From positions 1-64,000 of the forward strand of contig BK006937.2 in the NCBI GenBank assembly GCA_000146045.2: DNA of 64,000 bases, written 5' to 3'. Both the position numbers and the translations under genes were made by a program. Origin of the DNA: TPA_inf: Saccharomyces. Lineage: Eukaryota. The notes beneath the pieces are model-generated. The model searched no databases and was not told where the DNA came from. It was given only the letters and a program-made list of their open reading frames with translations. Shown here piece by piece: positions 11,503-23,522 of the stretch (the first letter of the stretch is position 1; every line of letters starts with the position of its first letter).

Positions 11503-12285
11503 TCAAACTTGTATTAGACGAGGGACGGAGTGATTTTTGTGTTTGTTTTTATTAATTGTGGGATAGGATAGTAGCAACTCTTGGAGGAGAGCATTGTCAG
11601 TTGTCCAGTCTCTGAAGTTAAGTAGTAAGTTTGCGGAGTCAAAGGGGGATGGCTTTTGCCATTTGTGAGAGTTGTGCGGCAGCATCTTATTCAAATAGAG
11701 CTGTATTCTGAAGACCTCTTGTAGAACATCATCCATACTAAAAAGTAAATCGTCCTGTCCCATTACGAGCTGTAGTAGTGCTGTGACCCTCTGTATATTT
11801 ACGTTGCCATGAAGAAGGTAATGGGCGATATTTTGATACAATTCCTGAGTTGCATGTTGGATTGAGTTTACGAAGGGTCGCCAGACGGCCAGAAACCTCC
11901 AGGCGGAGTTAACAACTAGTAATACGGCATCCATGTTTGCATCAGCGCCGAGCCTATACCAGTCACTGAGTAGACGTTTTCTTGCTCTTTTTATGTCCTG
12001 ACTTCTTTTGACGAGGGGGCATTCTCTAGAGACACAGGCAGTTGCTTCCAGCAACTGCCGTACGGCCGTTCTCATGCTGTCGAGGATTTTTTTTGGGACG
12101 ATATTGTCATTATAGGGCAGTGTGTGACTTATGAATTGTTGTAGAAGGACGTCTGTGATGTTGGAGATATGTATTTTGTTAACTCTTCTTGAGACAATTT
12201 GGCCCTGGATAGCGAAGCGTGCGGTTACAAATAGGTCGTCTTGTTCAAGAAGGTAGGCGAGGACATTATCTATCAGTACAAACAT
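11503..12285 (-). CDS. BUD5-related ORF lying in the W/X homology region shared with MAT-proximal sequence (YCL068C-type)
   Basis: 260 aa from the internal Met MFVLIDNVLAYLLEQDD. The track ORF is longer (303 aa). It is recognised as the HML-proximal partial duplicate of the gene that flanks MAT. Confidence 0.6.
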   Translation of the reverse strand: MFVLIDNVLAYLLEQDDLFVTARFAIQGQIVSRRVNKIHISNITDVLLQQFISHTLPYNDNIVPKKILDSMRTAVRQLLEATACVSRECPLVKRSQDIKRARKRLLSDWYRLGADANMDAVLLVVNSAWRFLAVWRPFVNSIQHATQELYQNIAHYLLHGNVNIQRVTALLQLVMGQDDLLFSMDDVLQEVFRIQLYLNKMLPHNSHKWQKPSPFDSANLLLNFRDWTTDNALLQELLLSYPTINKNKHKNHSVPRLIQV

Positions 12286-12385
12286 CTTAGTAGTGTCTGA
12301 GGAGAGGGTTGATTGTTTATGTATTTTTGCGAAATATATATATATATATATTCTACACAGATATATACATATTTGTTTTTCGGGC

Positions 12386-13018
12386 TCATTCTTTCTTCTT
12401 TGCCAGAGGCTCACCGCTCAAGAGGTCCGCTAATTCTGGAGCGATTGTTATTGTTTTTTCTTTTCTTCTTCTATTCGAAACCCAGTTTTTGATTTGAATG
12501 CGAGATAAACTGGTATTCTTCATTAGATTCTCTAGGCCCTTGGTATCTAGATATGGGTTCTCGATGTTCTTTGCAAACCAACTTTCTAGTATTCGGACAT
12601 TTTCTTTTGTAAACCGGTGTCCTCTGTAAGGTTTAGTACTTTTGTTTATCATATCTTGAGTTACCACATTAAATACCAACCCATCCGCCGATTTATTTTT
12701 CTGTGTAAGTTGATAATTACTTCTATCGTTTTCTATGCTGCGCATTTCTTTGAGTAATACAGTAATGGTAGTAGTGAGTTGAGATGTTGTTTGCAACAAC
12801 TTCTTCTCCTCATCACTAATCTTACGGTTTTTGTTGGCCCTAGATAAGAATCCTAATATATCCCTTAATTCAACTTCTTCTTCTGTTGTTACACTCTCTG
12901 GTAACTTAGGTAAATTACAGCAAATAGAAAAGAGCTTTTTATTTATGTCTAGTATGCTGGATTTAAACTCATCTGTGATTTGTGGATTTAAAAGGTCTTT
13001 AATGGGTATTTTATTCAT
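12386..13018 (-). CDS. HMLALPHA2: Silenced copy of the alpha2 homeodomain repressor
   Basis: 210 aa, [13 protein letters not shown]...; homeodomain [42 protein letters not shown]. Confidence 0.95.
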
Positions 13019-13281
13019 TTTTTCTTGCTTATCTTCCTTTTTTTCTTGCCCACTTCTAAGCTGATTTCAATCTCTCCTTTATATATATTTTTAAGTTCCA
13101 ACATTTTATGTTTCAAAACATTAATGATGTCTGGGTTTTGTTTGGGATGCAATTTATTGCTTCCCAATGTAGAAAAGTACATCATATGAAACAACTTAAA
13201 CTCTTAACTACTTCTTTTAACCTTCACTTTTTATGAAATGTATCAACCATATATAATAACTTAATAGACGACATTCACAAT

Positions 13282-13809
13282 ATGTTTACTTCGAAGCCTG
13301 CTTTCAAAATTAAGAACAAAGCATCCAAATCATACAGAAACACAGCGGTTTCAAAAAAGCTGAAAGAAAAACGTCTAGCTGAGCATGTGAGGCCAAGCTG
13401 CTTCAATATTATTCGACCACTCAAGAAAGATATCCAGATTCCTGTTCCTTCCTCTCGATTTTTAAATAAAATCCAAATTCACAGGATAGCGTCTGGAAGT
13501 CAAAATACTCAGTTTCGACAGTTCAATAAGACATCTATAAAATCTTCAAAGAAATATTTAAACTCATTTATGGCTTTTAGAGCATATTACTCACAGTTTG
13601 GCTCCGGTGTAAAACAAAATGTCTTGTCTTCTCTGCTCGCTGAAGAATGGCACGCGGACAAAATGCAGCACGGAATATGGGACTACTTCGCGCAACAGTA
13701 TAATTTTATAAACCCTGGTTTTGGTTTTGTAGAGTGGTTGACGAATAATTATGCTGAAGTACGTGGTGACGGATATTGGGAAGATGTGTTTGTACATTTG
13801 GCCTTATAG
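13282..13809 (+). CDS. HMLALPHA1: Silenced copy of the alpha1 transcriptional co-activator
   Basis: 175 aa, MFTSKPAFKIKNK.... It is divergent from alpha2 with a 263 bp shared promoter region. The HO site lies within its 3' part. Confidence 0.95.
   Translation: MFTSKPAFKIKNKASKSYRNTAVSKKLKEKRLAEHVRPSCFNIIRPLKKDIQIPVPSSRFLNKIQIHRIASGSQNTQFRQFNKTSIKSSKKYLNSFMAFRAYYSQFGSGVKQNVLSSLLAEEWHADKMQHGIWDYFAQQYNFINPGFGFVEWLTNNYAEVRGDGYWEDVFVHLAL
13691..13718 (+). other. HO endonuclease recognition site at the Yalpha/Z1 junction
   Basis: The sequence CGCAACAGTATAATTTTATAAACCCTGG is the canonical MAT-alpha HO site. Confidence 0.85.
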
Positions 13810-14119
13810 AGTGTGGTCGTGGCGGAGGTTGTTTATCTTTCGAGTACTGAATGTTGTCAGTATAGCTATCCTATTTGAAACTCCCCATCGTCTTGCTCTT
13901 GTTCCCAATGTTTGTTTATACACTCATATGGCTATACCCTTATCTACTTGCCTCTTTTGTTTATGTCTATGTATTTGTATAAAATATGATATTACTCAGA
14001 CTCAAGCAAACAATCAAAGAAATCTTTCACTGCTCTTTTCTGTGTTCCATTTAGTTTTTAGTACGATTGCATTGTCTATATACTGTATTTACCAAATCTT
14101 AATTTTAGTCAAACATTAA
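13751..14119 (+). CDS. Dubious ORF overlapping the alpha1 3' end and the Z region (YCL065W-type)
   Basis: 122 aa with Cys/Leu-rich low complexity. It overlaps a real gene and silencer-proximal DNA and is probably not a gene. Confidence 0.2.
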   Translation: MLKYVVTDIGKMCLYIWPYRVWSWRRLFIFRVLNVVSIAILFETPHRLALVPNVCLYTHMAIPLSTCLFCLCLCICIKYDITQTQANNQRNLSLLFSVFHLVFSTIALSIYCIYQILILVKH

Positions 14120-14599
14120 TGTTTACTTTCGTATTTAAGGATGTGTATACTAAGCCTTGGGAAAATGCGTGTTCCTTGTGCCATCCGAAAGCTACTTCAT
14201 AAAAAAGATACTGTTCATTTTCAAGCCCGCATAGTTGGATCAAATATTAACTATATATCAACATGGTCCAAAGATCGTAAGTTTGGTCTAATGTTGTTTT
14301 AGCAAAAAAAAATACTATACCTTTCATTAACGTTTATTGAATTTCTTGAAAAAAAAACCCTAAATTATTATAAAATTATAGCAGGATAGTTCTTAGTGGA
14401 AGATATTAAGCAAACTATTTTCTGAATTGCTATGCGAAATTTCTCTAATGCCAGCTGAGTAACTAACTCTCATGGTACATAAAAATACGCATCTTAAAAA
14501 ATTTGATATTTCATGATTTATTTATAGAAATAACGATGCTTATTGTGCTTTGTTGGGTGTTTGACTTCTATGTTAACTTACTTCAACATGAAAGCCCGA

Positions 14600-14711
14600 C
14601 GTTTGCAATGATATCCTCTTTTTCACCCGATTATTTTCATTTATTAGTAAGTGGGGTTCTGGGTGAAAAAATCAAAACAAAAATATGAATTTGTAATGAT
14701 TTTTATATTTT
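14600..14711. promoter_or_regulatory. Candidate HML-I silencer: Abf1 consensus match plus ACS (ARS302-like)
   Basis: CGTTTGCAATGAT at 14600-14612 matches CGTNNNNNRYGAY. TTTTATATTTT at 14701-14711 is an 11/11 ACS match. Both lie at the expected distal edge of HML. Confidence 0.45.
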
Positions 14712-15797
14712 CGCCGGAGGTGCTGGAAATGGCAAACGAAAATACTATGACATAAAAGCTGGGCACACTATGTACGTTCTTTTTAATTTTTTATCAACAT
14801 GAGAAAAATTCATGAACACTGTACCTTATATTATCTAATAAATGAAGTAAGCTTTGCATCTCCGTAACAGCTGCATATATATAATTAAGCGGGAGCTTTC
14901 TTTCGATCTCTTTCATTCCATATGTTTATTATGTACTGATGAAAAGCATTTTACTAAGTTGAGGTCTCTGTAAGTATATTGTGACCATTATGCTAAAATA
15001 CTGGGGTCTTCATTTGTGTCAAATTCTACGTAATAGTTCCCCTTTTTCTTACATTTTTATACTAAAGAGTTACGGTATTTATACAAACGAGGGGCTTTAC
15101 TGTAATATATGATTAAGATTCAAGCTGAAACATTCTAAGTTAGAGGTATAAAATGATTATTGATGAAAGAGCTGCAAATGTCGGCAAAATATAAATACCT
15201 TAGATGTTACCAGCTGGGAAGATTATTACGGAACACATTCTTATAAATCTATAGGAATACATAGGATTGTATTTCTATTGACAAAGTACAACCTATATTT
15301 TATGTTATGTTATGTTATGTTTGCTATGACTATAGTTGCTTTTCTTCACTTAGTAAGGATTAACTAACTCTCGAGCTAGTAAATTTGACGTGAGAAGCAT
15401 AATTATATTACTAATAGAACGATATCTGGTGTGTTTTATTACAGACTGCACTGAGTGTTAGAGGTAGAAATTATAAGTTAAAAAGCAGTAGTTTATGCTT
15501 TATGCTCGAGTATCAAGTGAATTTGAACAGGCTAGTGCTTCATTGGTACTTCTTTCATGGATAATTTTGAGCAAATTTCTGCAGCATGTCCCCCTTTATA
15601 CAAATTCTGTGCATTGCCGGCCTAGAAATATGTCAACGTTTTGGATATGTTGATGCTTACTTCGAGAAATCTTACACTAATACTTCTGGAAAAAATCAAT
15701 ACTAGCAAAATAGTGATATATGAGTAAAATGTATGTAGTACATGTATGAAAATTATCAAGGGCAAATTGATGCTTCAACGAAAAAGTTATTGGATTT

Positions 15798-16880
15798 TCA
15801 AGCACTTTTTAAATTCACAATATTTTTTTCTGGAAATATGAAATTGTCAGCGACTTCTATTACAGGAGTGTCTTTTTTTCTCATGCTATCCAACGCTTCT
15901 TCCAAGTCCTTTATAGTATTAGAGGAGCCGCCACAAGCAATAATTATCACAATGTCATCCGCAGCTAATTTTGAGCCCAGTGCATTTTCTAGGATCTTAG
16001 TGTTGTAACCCAAATGCAATGCGGCGCCACATGCCGGTTCAATCACCATATTGAATTGATGTGTATATTTAAGACAGGTTTCAATAACATCTTTGTCCTC
16101 TATTACAACGGATCTGGTGTTGTATTTGCGAGCGTATTCGAAAGTTTGATTAGAGATCACGGCCGTTCCTAGAGAAGTAGCAATACTTGTTATCTTCTTG
16201 AATTGAACTGGTTGGCCTATTTTCAAAGAAGTATTGAAAACATGACATCCATTCGTTTCCACCCCCACAATAGGGATCCTATCAGCTAAACCATACCTTT
16301 CCAAACCTTGAATAATACCATTGTATAAACCACCTCCACCAACGCTGCATACTATGCCTTTAACCTTATTCACGGAAATATGTTGCGATTTCAAATCTTG
16401 TACTATTTCATCTATCATAGATGAATGTCCTTCCCAAATATCCGGATTATCGAAGGGATGAACATAAATGGGCTCAATGACCTGAGAGTCTATTTTATTC
16501 ATGACATTTGTTTTTAAAAAAGTATCTGCTTCTTTCCAGTAGGCACCACTCACGATAACCTGGGCACCGGTGTTCCTGATTTTATCTACCATTCTCTTCT
16601 TTGTCGCTGTAGGAACCACGACTGTACATGGTAGAGACAGTCTTTGACATGCTGTTGCAGCAGCAAAACCGGCATTACCGCCAGAACTAGCGAAAACCTG
16701 AGGAGATCTTTTACCGTCCTTTTGAATTCGAATGGCACTTTTCATGATGAGATTACCGATTCCTCTACTTTTGAAGGAGCCACTTGGTTGAAGGCATTCA
16801 TATTTCAAGAAAAATTGTGCAGAAGCCTTTCCGGGGAAGAATTGACGTAATAATGGTGTTTTATTGTAGACTATCGACAT
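15798..16880 (-). CDS. CHA1: Catabolic L-serine/L-threonine deaminase (PLP-dependent)
   Basis: 360 aa from MSIVYNKTPLL. The PLP-lysine motif SGSFKSRG and a glycine-rich GGGGL loop are present. The track ORF has 13 extra N-terminal codons. Confidence 0.95.
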   Translation of the reverse strand: MSIVYNKTPLLRQFFPGKASAQFFLKYECLQPSGSFKSRGIGNLIMKSAIRIQKDGKRSPQVFASSGGNAGFAAATACQRLSLPCTVVVPTATKKRMVDKIRNTGAQVIVSGAYWKEADTFLKTNVMNKIDSQVIEPIYVHPFDNPDIWEGHSSMIDEIVQDLKSQHISVNKVKGIVCSVGGGGLYNGIIQGLERYGLADRIPIVGVETNGCHVFNTSLKIGQPVQFKKITSIATSLGTAVISNQTFEYARKYNTRSVVIEDKDVIETCLKYTHQFNMVIEPACGAALHLGYNTKILENALGSKLAADDIVIIIACGGSSNTIKDLEEALDSMRKKDTPVIEVADNFIFPEKNIVNLKSA

Positions 16881-17289
16881 CTCGCTGGTTAATTTTCCTG
16901 TCTCTTGTCTATCCAGCACTTAAAAAAGAGAAAACTGTATAAACATTTTCCTTTTATTTGGCGATATTTATATACCTGTGTTCCTCCTCATATTGTCCCT
17001 TTTATCTTATCTCATCGCAAACAATTTGATAAAGCTTTGGCACTATTTAATGACACTCAGTGGAATTACATTTCCGCTGGGGCTTAACAGGAGCCGCCCA
17101 TGCGGAATCATGTCTCCGCGCAGAGGACTCATTAGTTTCCGTTCGCGGTGATTAGTACTCGCGAAAAGAGAAAAAGAAAAATAGTAGGAACATTTCGCAA
17201 TTGATCAAAATGTAAACAGTGCAGTAAAGAATGGGACCATAAGATAGATAAGAAACAGCTCGCATAAGGAAACAAGGACACATCGATTA

Positions 17290-18561
17290 ATGGCAACCCA
17301 AGCCCTAGAGGATATCACGGAGAGGCTTTTAATAAGGTCGCAAGAGGCTATCTTGCAATTAGATCTGTGGATACAACGTCAGCAGAGATCATCAATATGC
17401 CAGACAACAGATCAAGAGTCATTGGATAAGTTATCCCAACAGTACAACCAGTATATGTCTCAACTGAACTCTTTGTATGTTAGATCGGAATCTGTTCGAG
17501 ACAAGTTGAGCAAGGAACAACAACGCAGATTGATCACAGAGGATAATGAGCATCAACGCATAGAAGACTTGGTTCGTGAATTCCAGGATATCACTTTGAG
17601 GTTGAACGAGCTGGCCACCGTCCCAAATGAAGCGCCTAATGATTCTCCACAATCGCAATCCACCAGAAGTAGTTTAGGGTCATTTCAACCTCGACCATTG
17701 AAAATAATTGAGAGGCAACGTCTGTGTATGGTAACTCCATCGAAACCACCAAAAAAATCGGTAGGCTTTAACCCCATCAATGAAGTCGATTGTCCTTCGA
17801 AAACTAACTCTTTACCGTGCTCACCTAAAAAACAACCTGCAAGAAATCGCACTTTACGTGCAGCCAAATCACATGATACTGGCTTGAACAAAAGTAAGAA
17901 ACCGTCTTCCTCGGATACGTATGAGTCTTTCTTCAAAAATAGACAAAGACTTTCGTTGACCTTCTTTGATGAAATGGATGATGAAGATTTTGATTCTGAT
18001 CAAGATACTATCATTCTACCAAACATAAGTACCCCTCCACATGTTGGTGTGACCGCAAAGGGTGCTGAATTCGAACCTTTAAGGAGATATAACTCTCACG
18101 AAAGTATACTATCTAACAAACCAGCACCTTCTAAGTCGCTCAATCTGGGAAGTTTCTCCGCCTCATTCTTCAGGCCATCTAATCCGACGTTTGGAACTTC
18201 GATATCAAATGTCCAAGTGAACTGTCATCCAACTGTTGCAGCGACAATGGCTCCTAGTCGTAATGGTCCTCGTATTTCAAGTTCTAAGGCGTTGTTATCA
18301 TCATTCATTGCACGATCAGATACACATACGGTAAAAGAGAACAACACAAATCTTAAGCATGCATCTTTTATGGATAAGTTTAATTCATCGTTAAGCACAA
18401 TATCAGAATCTTTTCAAAGTAAGAGGGGGAGAAAGAATAAGGGCATGAATGAAGAACGAATATCAAATCATAATGTAGCACAGGAACAAAAAAATAATAT
18501 GGATATAAGCGTCTCTATAGAAGAATTGCAAGATGCTTTGAATACAGAACTGCTGTTTTAA
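17290..18561 (+). CDS. VAC17: Vacuole-specific Myo2 receptor / vacuole inheritance adaptor
   Basis: 423 aa, MATQALEDITERLLIRSQEA.... It is Ser/Pro-rich and PEST-like, and is recognised from sequence. Confidence 0.9.
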   Translation: MATQALEDITERLLIRSQEAILQLDLWIQRQQRSSICQTTDQESLDKLSQQYNQYMSQLNSLYVRSESVRDKLSKEQQRRLITEDNEHQRIEDLVREFQDITLRLNELATVPNEAPNDSPQSQSTRSSLGSFQPRPLKIIERQRLCMVTPSKPPKKSVGFNPINEVDCPSKTNSLPCSPKKQPARNRTLRAAKSHDTGLNKSKKPSSSDTYESFFKNRQRLSLTFFDEMDDEDFDSDQDTIILPNISTPPHVGVTAKGAEFEPLRRYNSHESILSNKPAPSKSLNLGSFSASFFRPSNPTFGTSISNVQVNCHPTVAATMAPSRNGPRISSSKALLSSFIARSDTHTVKENNTNLKHASFMDKFNSSLSTISESFQSKRGRKNKGMNEERISNHNVAQEQKNNMDISVSIEELQDALNTELLF

Positions 18562-18815
18562 TTAATGCCTCCTTTACCTAACCTACTCTTCTTTTGCTCC
18601 AAATGTTTATTCTTTTTTTTTTTATTCAGAATATCTTCAAGTTTTTTTGTATCTTTTTGTATTATTATTAAACTTCTTTATAATATTTGTCTTATAAAAT
18701 CCTATCATAACATGACTATGGCTTGGCCTAGACTCGGGTGCCATCTTTTTTAATGCGACTACTTCAAGACAGCTTCTGGAGTTCAATCAACTTCTTCGGA
18801 AAAGATAAAAAACCA

Positions 18816-21800
18816 CTAATTATCAAAGCTATCTTGTCCGCTTTCAAAAAGTTTATTCGATTTTGTTTTCGTTTTCATTTTCATTTTTTTATTATGATGG
18901 TCATGGTGGTAGCGGTGGCTCCCTTCAGTTTTCCTCTTTGGTGCTATTAATTTTCTCGTTTTCCCCATATATGTGATAGAAGCTTTTGAACTCCCCACTG
19001 TCTTGTAAGACTTTAGAATCTTGACTGTCTTGTTACCTTCTTTAAACTTATCATTTATGTCTGTTCTGGACGCAAAGGATTTGATTATTGATGGATGTTT
19101 GAAAACGCCAACTAGTGATGTATCTCCATTTTCCACCTCATCTTCATCCTCTGGGCGCTTTTCTAAGTCAATTATTGTGTTTACTGTTTTTGAAGTGGTC
19201 GAATCAGTTTGAGAATTTGTGAATGACTTTATCGAACTATTCTGTTTTAGGGTATATAAATCTTCAATTGCTTCATCATTGCCATGTTGTATCCTTGATA
19301 GCTCCTTATCCGTTTCAAAATCCTCATAATTATTACTTTTTAGGAAGGATAAGCTTTTCTGCACAAAGTCTTCAGATATGATAACCTTTTTGTTCTTTTG
19401 ATCTACAGGTTTCTGTTCATTATTTCCCGTATTATCACCTACATTAATGCTATTGTCCTGAGTATCTAGGTCAGTAGCCGTACTTGTAATGTCTAGGTTA
19501 TATTCCTCTTCAGCCCCGAAGGGGTTTTTATATTCGATAATATCTTCCACCATACTTTCAAAAAATGCGCTCGACTTTGGGTTTTTAACAAGCTTTGCAT
19601 CATCGCCAATTTCTAATCTCCTTTTTCTCATCAATTCTCTCCTTTTGAGACGATATTGTTGTAGTACGTCGTCTTCATCATCATCACTTAGTTCTAGCTC
19701 TAAGCTATTTTTTGCTCTTTTATTACGAAATCCTCCATTTTTAATGTCATAAAGAATTTTGTTTATCATTTTGATATCCATTTCCTTATTTTCTGCGGCA
19801 AGCATTTCTCTGATTTCATGAGGATTGAAATTGTTCTTGGAATAATCATCGATCATTTTTTCTAGGTCAGAATCATAGTCGTCAGATCCTTCTCCATCTG
19901 CACCACCGATACCATGCCATTCATCCTCGGATTCTTCGGCTTCCATTTCAAAGAAGTTTGTGACACCTCTTTTCTTCAACTCTTTTATCTTAGCCTCGTG
20001 CTCCTTTTCTTTCTGTTTTAGTTGCAATTTCTCTTTGTCAATCAGCTGACGGCGAATTGCTTCATCAGCTTCTTCATTGACGTATACATCATCTTTGACT
20101 TCATTTTCGATTGTATTTCTTTCGGCCATCACCTCTTCAATGTTTTGTGTATCTAGAACATTGGTTTCTTGAAATTTGTCGGTATCCTCTCCGATATTAT
20201 CACCGTAATGGCCCAGATTAATGGCGATCCTTTTCGGTAGACTTTCATCAGCTTTCTCTTTGGGTTTGGCTTCGACTTCGGTATCAGAGTCTGATTCGTT
20301 AATGATATGTTTCACGTGGTGGGATTTTTTTTGCTTTAGAATAATTTCATCATCTTCCTTTTCACTATCGGATTCTCTACGATTGTCATTTTCACTACCA
20401 GATGATTCATAATCGGCAATTTCATTACCACTCAATGCAAATCCAGAAGACTCTGACCCTGAGTCAGAACCGGAATCATGGGCGTTCAATTGAAAGTCAT
20501 TTTCTTCAAGTTTTTCCCTTCTCTTCTCTTTTTGTCTGATTCTTTTATTTCTAAGAATTTCTTGTTCTAGCAAGTTCTCTACTATTTCCTTTTCTTTGGC
20601 CATATCCTCCAGCTTCAGACCTTTCGTTTCAATCACTTCTTTCTGATGATCCAGAATTTGTTTCCTGCTAGCTTTCCTTAAGGTATTTAATAGTACATTA
20701 TGATCAACTTTTGGGTCTTTACTTTTATTCGGCCTTTGAGACAACTTTTGATTTTGTTTAGAGAGTCTTGCCTTCAGGTTTAATATAGTCGCCTTTGATA
20801 ACTGAGAGATTGGCAAAACGCTTTCATCTTTGGATAATTTAATGCTATCCATATCATCATCTCCATATTCGTCACTGTCGCTGTCGAGGTCCAGTGTTAT
20901 GCATTTCGAGGAGTCAATTTCCCGTTTCAAATTATTAGCATAGGAGCTCAATAGTGGAACCCTTTTCTCATTTATTCTTGTCTCATCAGTTAGATTTAAT
21001 TCAACACTTTTGTTCTCATGCAGTTCATCGTCATTCTGTACTGGTTTTGGATGTGCATTTTCCAGCTTTATATCATCGTCCTCATTTGAGGACGAATCGT
21101 CAAAATCAGCAAGAAAAGACTCTTTAGAAAAAAATTTTTTGGTTGGTATTGGCTTTTGCGGTTTTTTGTATTCGACATTTCTAGCTTTTTCCCTTTTAGA
21201 ATCTTCTGAAGCCAATTCGCTTTGTATTTCCCGAATTTTTAATGTGTGTGGTACTTCATCTTGAAGTGTTTGTGCGACTGTATCTATTTGGGTTTTCTGT
21301 TCCTGATGCGTAGCCTGTGGAATACCAATTGCTTGTGTCTTATCCTCATCATGCGCAGTCTGTGGTGGTACATCCATTTGGGTGTCAGGACCACGATTTT
21401 GAATGGACTGAAATAAAGGACTAGTTCCAATAAGTTCCGTTGGAATTATAGGAATTTTCGGCGACAGAGCATTAGAATGATTGCTGGAAGTCGTAATTAT
21501 TTGGGATTGTGGTTCAATTGATTTTATAGGCTGAGTTTGTGAGGTTGCACCGCTGCTATCTATACGCTGTGTAGCCCCTGGCCGTCCTGTCGTGAGAGGT
21601 GTTTTCAGCGCTTGAGAAGTTTCGTTGACGAGACCATCTTCTTTGATTAATTGGGTGGGTTTCCCGTCATTAACGGAATGGATAGGTACGTTAAACACCT
21701 TGTCTTGTTGGATGCTGACAGGTATTCTTTGCGTCTGCGTGAATGAAGAAGAGACATTTTTCTCACTGTAACTATTATCTTTAACTTCGGATTTCTCCAG

Positions 21801-22106
21801 CTCTTCACCACCATCGTAAAGATTAGAGATTAATTGAGTTGGTAACGAATTCTCACTCCTATCTTTTCCATTATTGTGATTCTGTTCGGGTGCTTTCTTG
21901 CCTTCTAATCTGTTCTTAACACGATTTAATGTGGCATTGGCAAATAAAAACCCGTTCCCAGTCAACTCTGGCGGATTGTCTATGTCATTGGGCCCATTTC
22001 CATTAGTATTATCGTTCTCATCTAGTATGGGAACAGCAACTTTTTTGTAGGTGGTAGTTCTCTTCTTTGCAGTCAACGAGGACAAAGCATGCAAGGCATC
22101 ATCCAT
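18816..22106 (-). CDS. MRC1: S-phase checkpoint mediator / replisome component (Claspin homolog)
   Basis: 1096 aa from MDDALHALSSLTAKKR. The protein is highly acidic and Ser-rich, with many SQ/TQ sites. The track ORF has 9 extra codons. Confidence 0.9.
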   Translation of the reverse strand: MDDALHALSSLTAKKRTTTYKKVAVPILDENDNTNGNGPNDIDNPPELTGNGFLFANATLNRVKNRLEGKKAPEQNHNNGKDRSENSLPTQLISNLYDGGEELEKSEVKDNSYSEKNVSSSFTQTQRIPVSIQQDKVFNVPIHSVNDGKPTQLIKEDGLVNETSQALKTPLTTGRPGATQRIDSSGATSQTQPIKSIEPQSQIITTSSNHSNALSPKIPIIPTELIGTSPLFQSIQNRGPDTQMDVPPQTAHDEDKTQAIGIPQATHQEQKTQIDTVAQTLQDEVPHTLKIREIQSELASEDSKREKARNVEYKKPQKPIPTKKFFSKESFLADFDDSSSNEDDDIKLENAHPKPVQNDDELHENKSVELNLTDETRINEKRVPLLSSYANNLKREIDSSKCITLDLDSDSDEYGDDDMDSIKLSKDESVLPISQLSKATILNLKARLSKQNQKLSQRPNKSKDPKVDHNVLLNTLRKASRKQILDHQKEVIETKGLKLEDMAKEKEIVENLLEQEILRNKRIRQKEKRREKLEENDFQLNAHDSGSDSGSESSGFALSGNEIADYESSGSENDNRRESDSEKEDDEIILKQKKSHHVKHIINESDSDTEVEAKPKEKADESLPKRIAINLGHYGDNIGEDTDKFQETNVLDTQNIEEVMAERNTIENEVKDDVYVNEEADEAIRRQLIDKEKLQLKQKEKEHEAKIKELKKRGVTNFFEMEAEESEDEWHGIGGADGEGSDDYDSDLEKMIDDYSKNNFNPHEIREMLAAENKEMDIKMINKILYDIKNGGFRNKRAKNSLELELSDDDEDDVLQQYRLKRRELMRKRRLEIGDDAKLVKNPKSSAFFESMVEDIIEYKNPFGAEEEYNLDITSTATDLDTQDNSINVGDNTGNNEQKPVDQKNKKVIISEDFVQKSLSFLKSNNYEDFETDKELSRIQHGNDEAIEDLYTLKQNSSIKSFTNSQTDSTTSKTVNTIIDLEKRPEDEDEVENGDTSLVGVFKHPSIIKSFASRTDINDKFKEGNKTVKILKSYKTVGSSKASITYMGKTRKLIAPKRKTEGSHRYHHDHHNKKMKMKTKTKSNKLFESGQDSFDN

Positions 22107-22428
22107 CACTAAAATATTTGGTGATAAGTTCAAAAGCGAATAACGAACTTCCTTAGTTGTTTGTCTGTTCTTGGTTTTTTTCCAACATAATGTGTTTGAA
22201 ATGCTATTGAAGCAAACGCGTTTTACGCATTCTATCTCTTCATGACGCGTCGAAGAAGGATAAGGAAAATTTCAAGTATTGATGTATATCTCTCTGCATA
22301 TGAGAGCCAGTAGAGTTGGTGTCCTAGTAAGAATTTCTTTCACTTTACAAACATATCTAAGTAAACGAAATGTGTGTGTGTTTCTATATATATATAGACA
22401 TATATGAAGGATTCCGTAGCGGTGTAAA

Positions 22429-23427
<999 letters not shown>

Positions 23428-23522
23428 TTACAATAGTTAACCTCATCATCTCTTTTTTTTGAAAATTTTCATATCTCATCGCTAAAAGAATTAGAAATAT
23501 AAGGAAAAAAAAATTTTCGTTT

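Larger units (their letters stand above)
11146..14849. other. HML: HML silent mating-type cassette (HML-alpha: W-X-Yalpha-Z1-Z2) with flanking E-like and I-like silencers
   Basis: It contains complete alpha2 and alpha1 genes, divergently arranged, and an intact HO recognition sequence at the Y/Z junction. AT-rich flanks carry ACS matches. Boundaries are from memory and approximate. Confidence 0.8.

Noticed and set aside
13591-13797. 68-codon minus-strand ORF antisense to alpha1
   Set aside because: It is the antisense of a bona fide gene and is AT-rich spurious sequence.
16905-17087. 60-codon ORF in the CHA1 promoter
   Set aside because: It is short, lies in a promoter region, and has no homology or coding signature.
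19021-21264. Several 60-90-codon plus-strand ORFs antisense to MRC1
   Set aside because: They are Ser/Phe/Leu-rich translations of the antisense of an acidic, Ser-rich gene, which makes them low-complexity artefacts.
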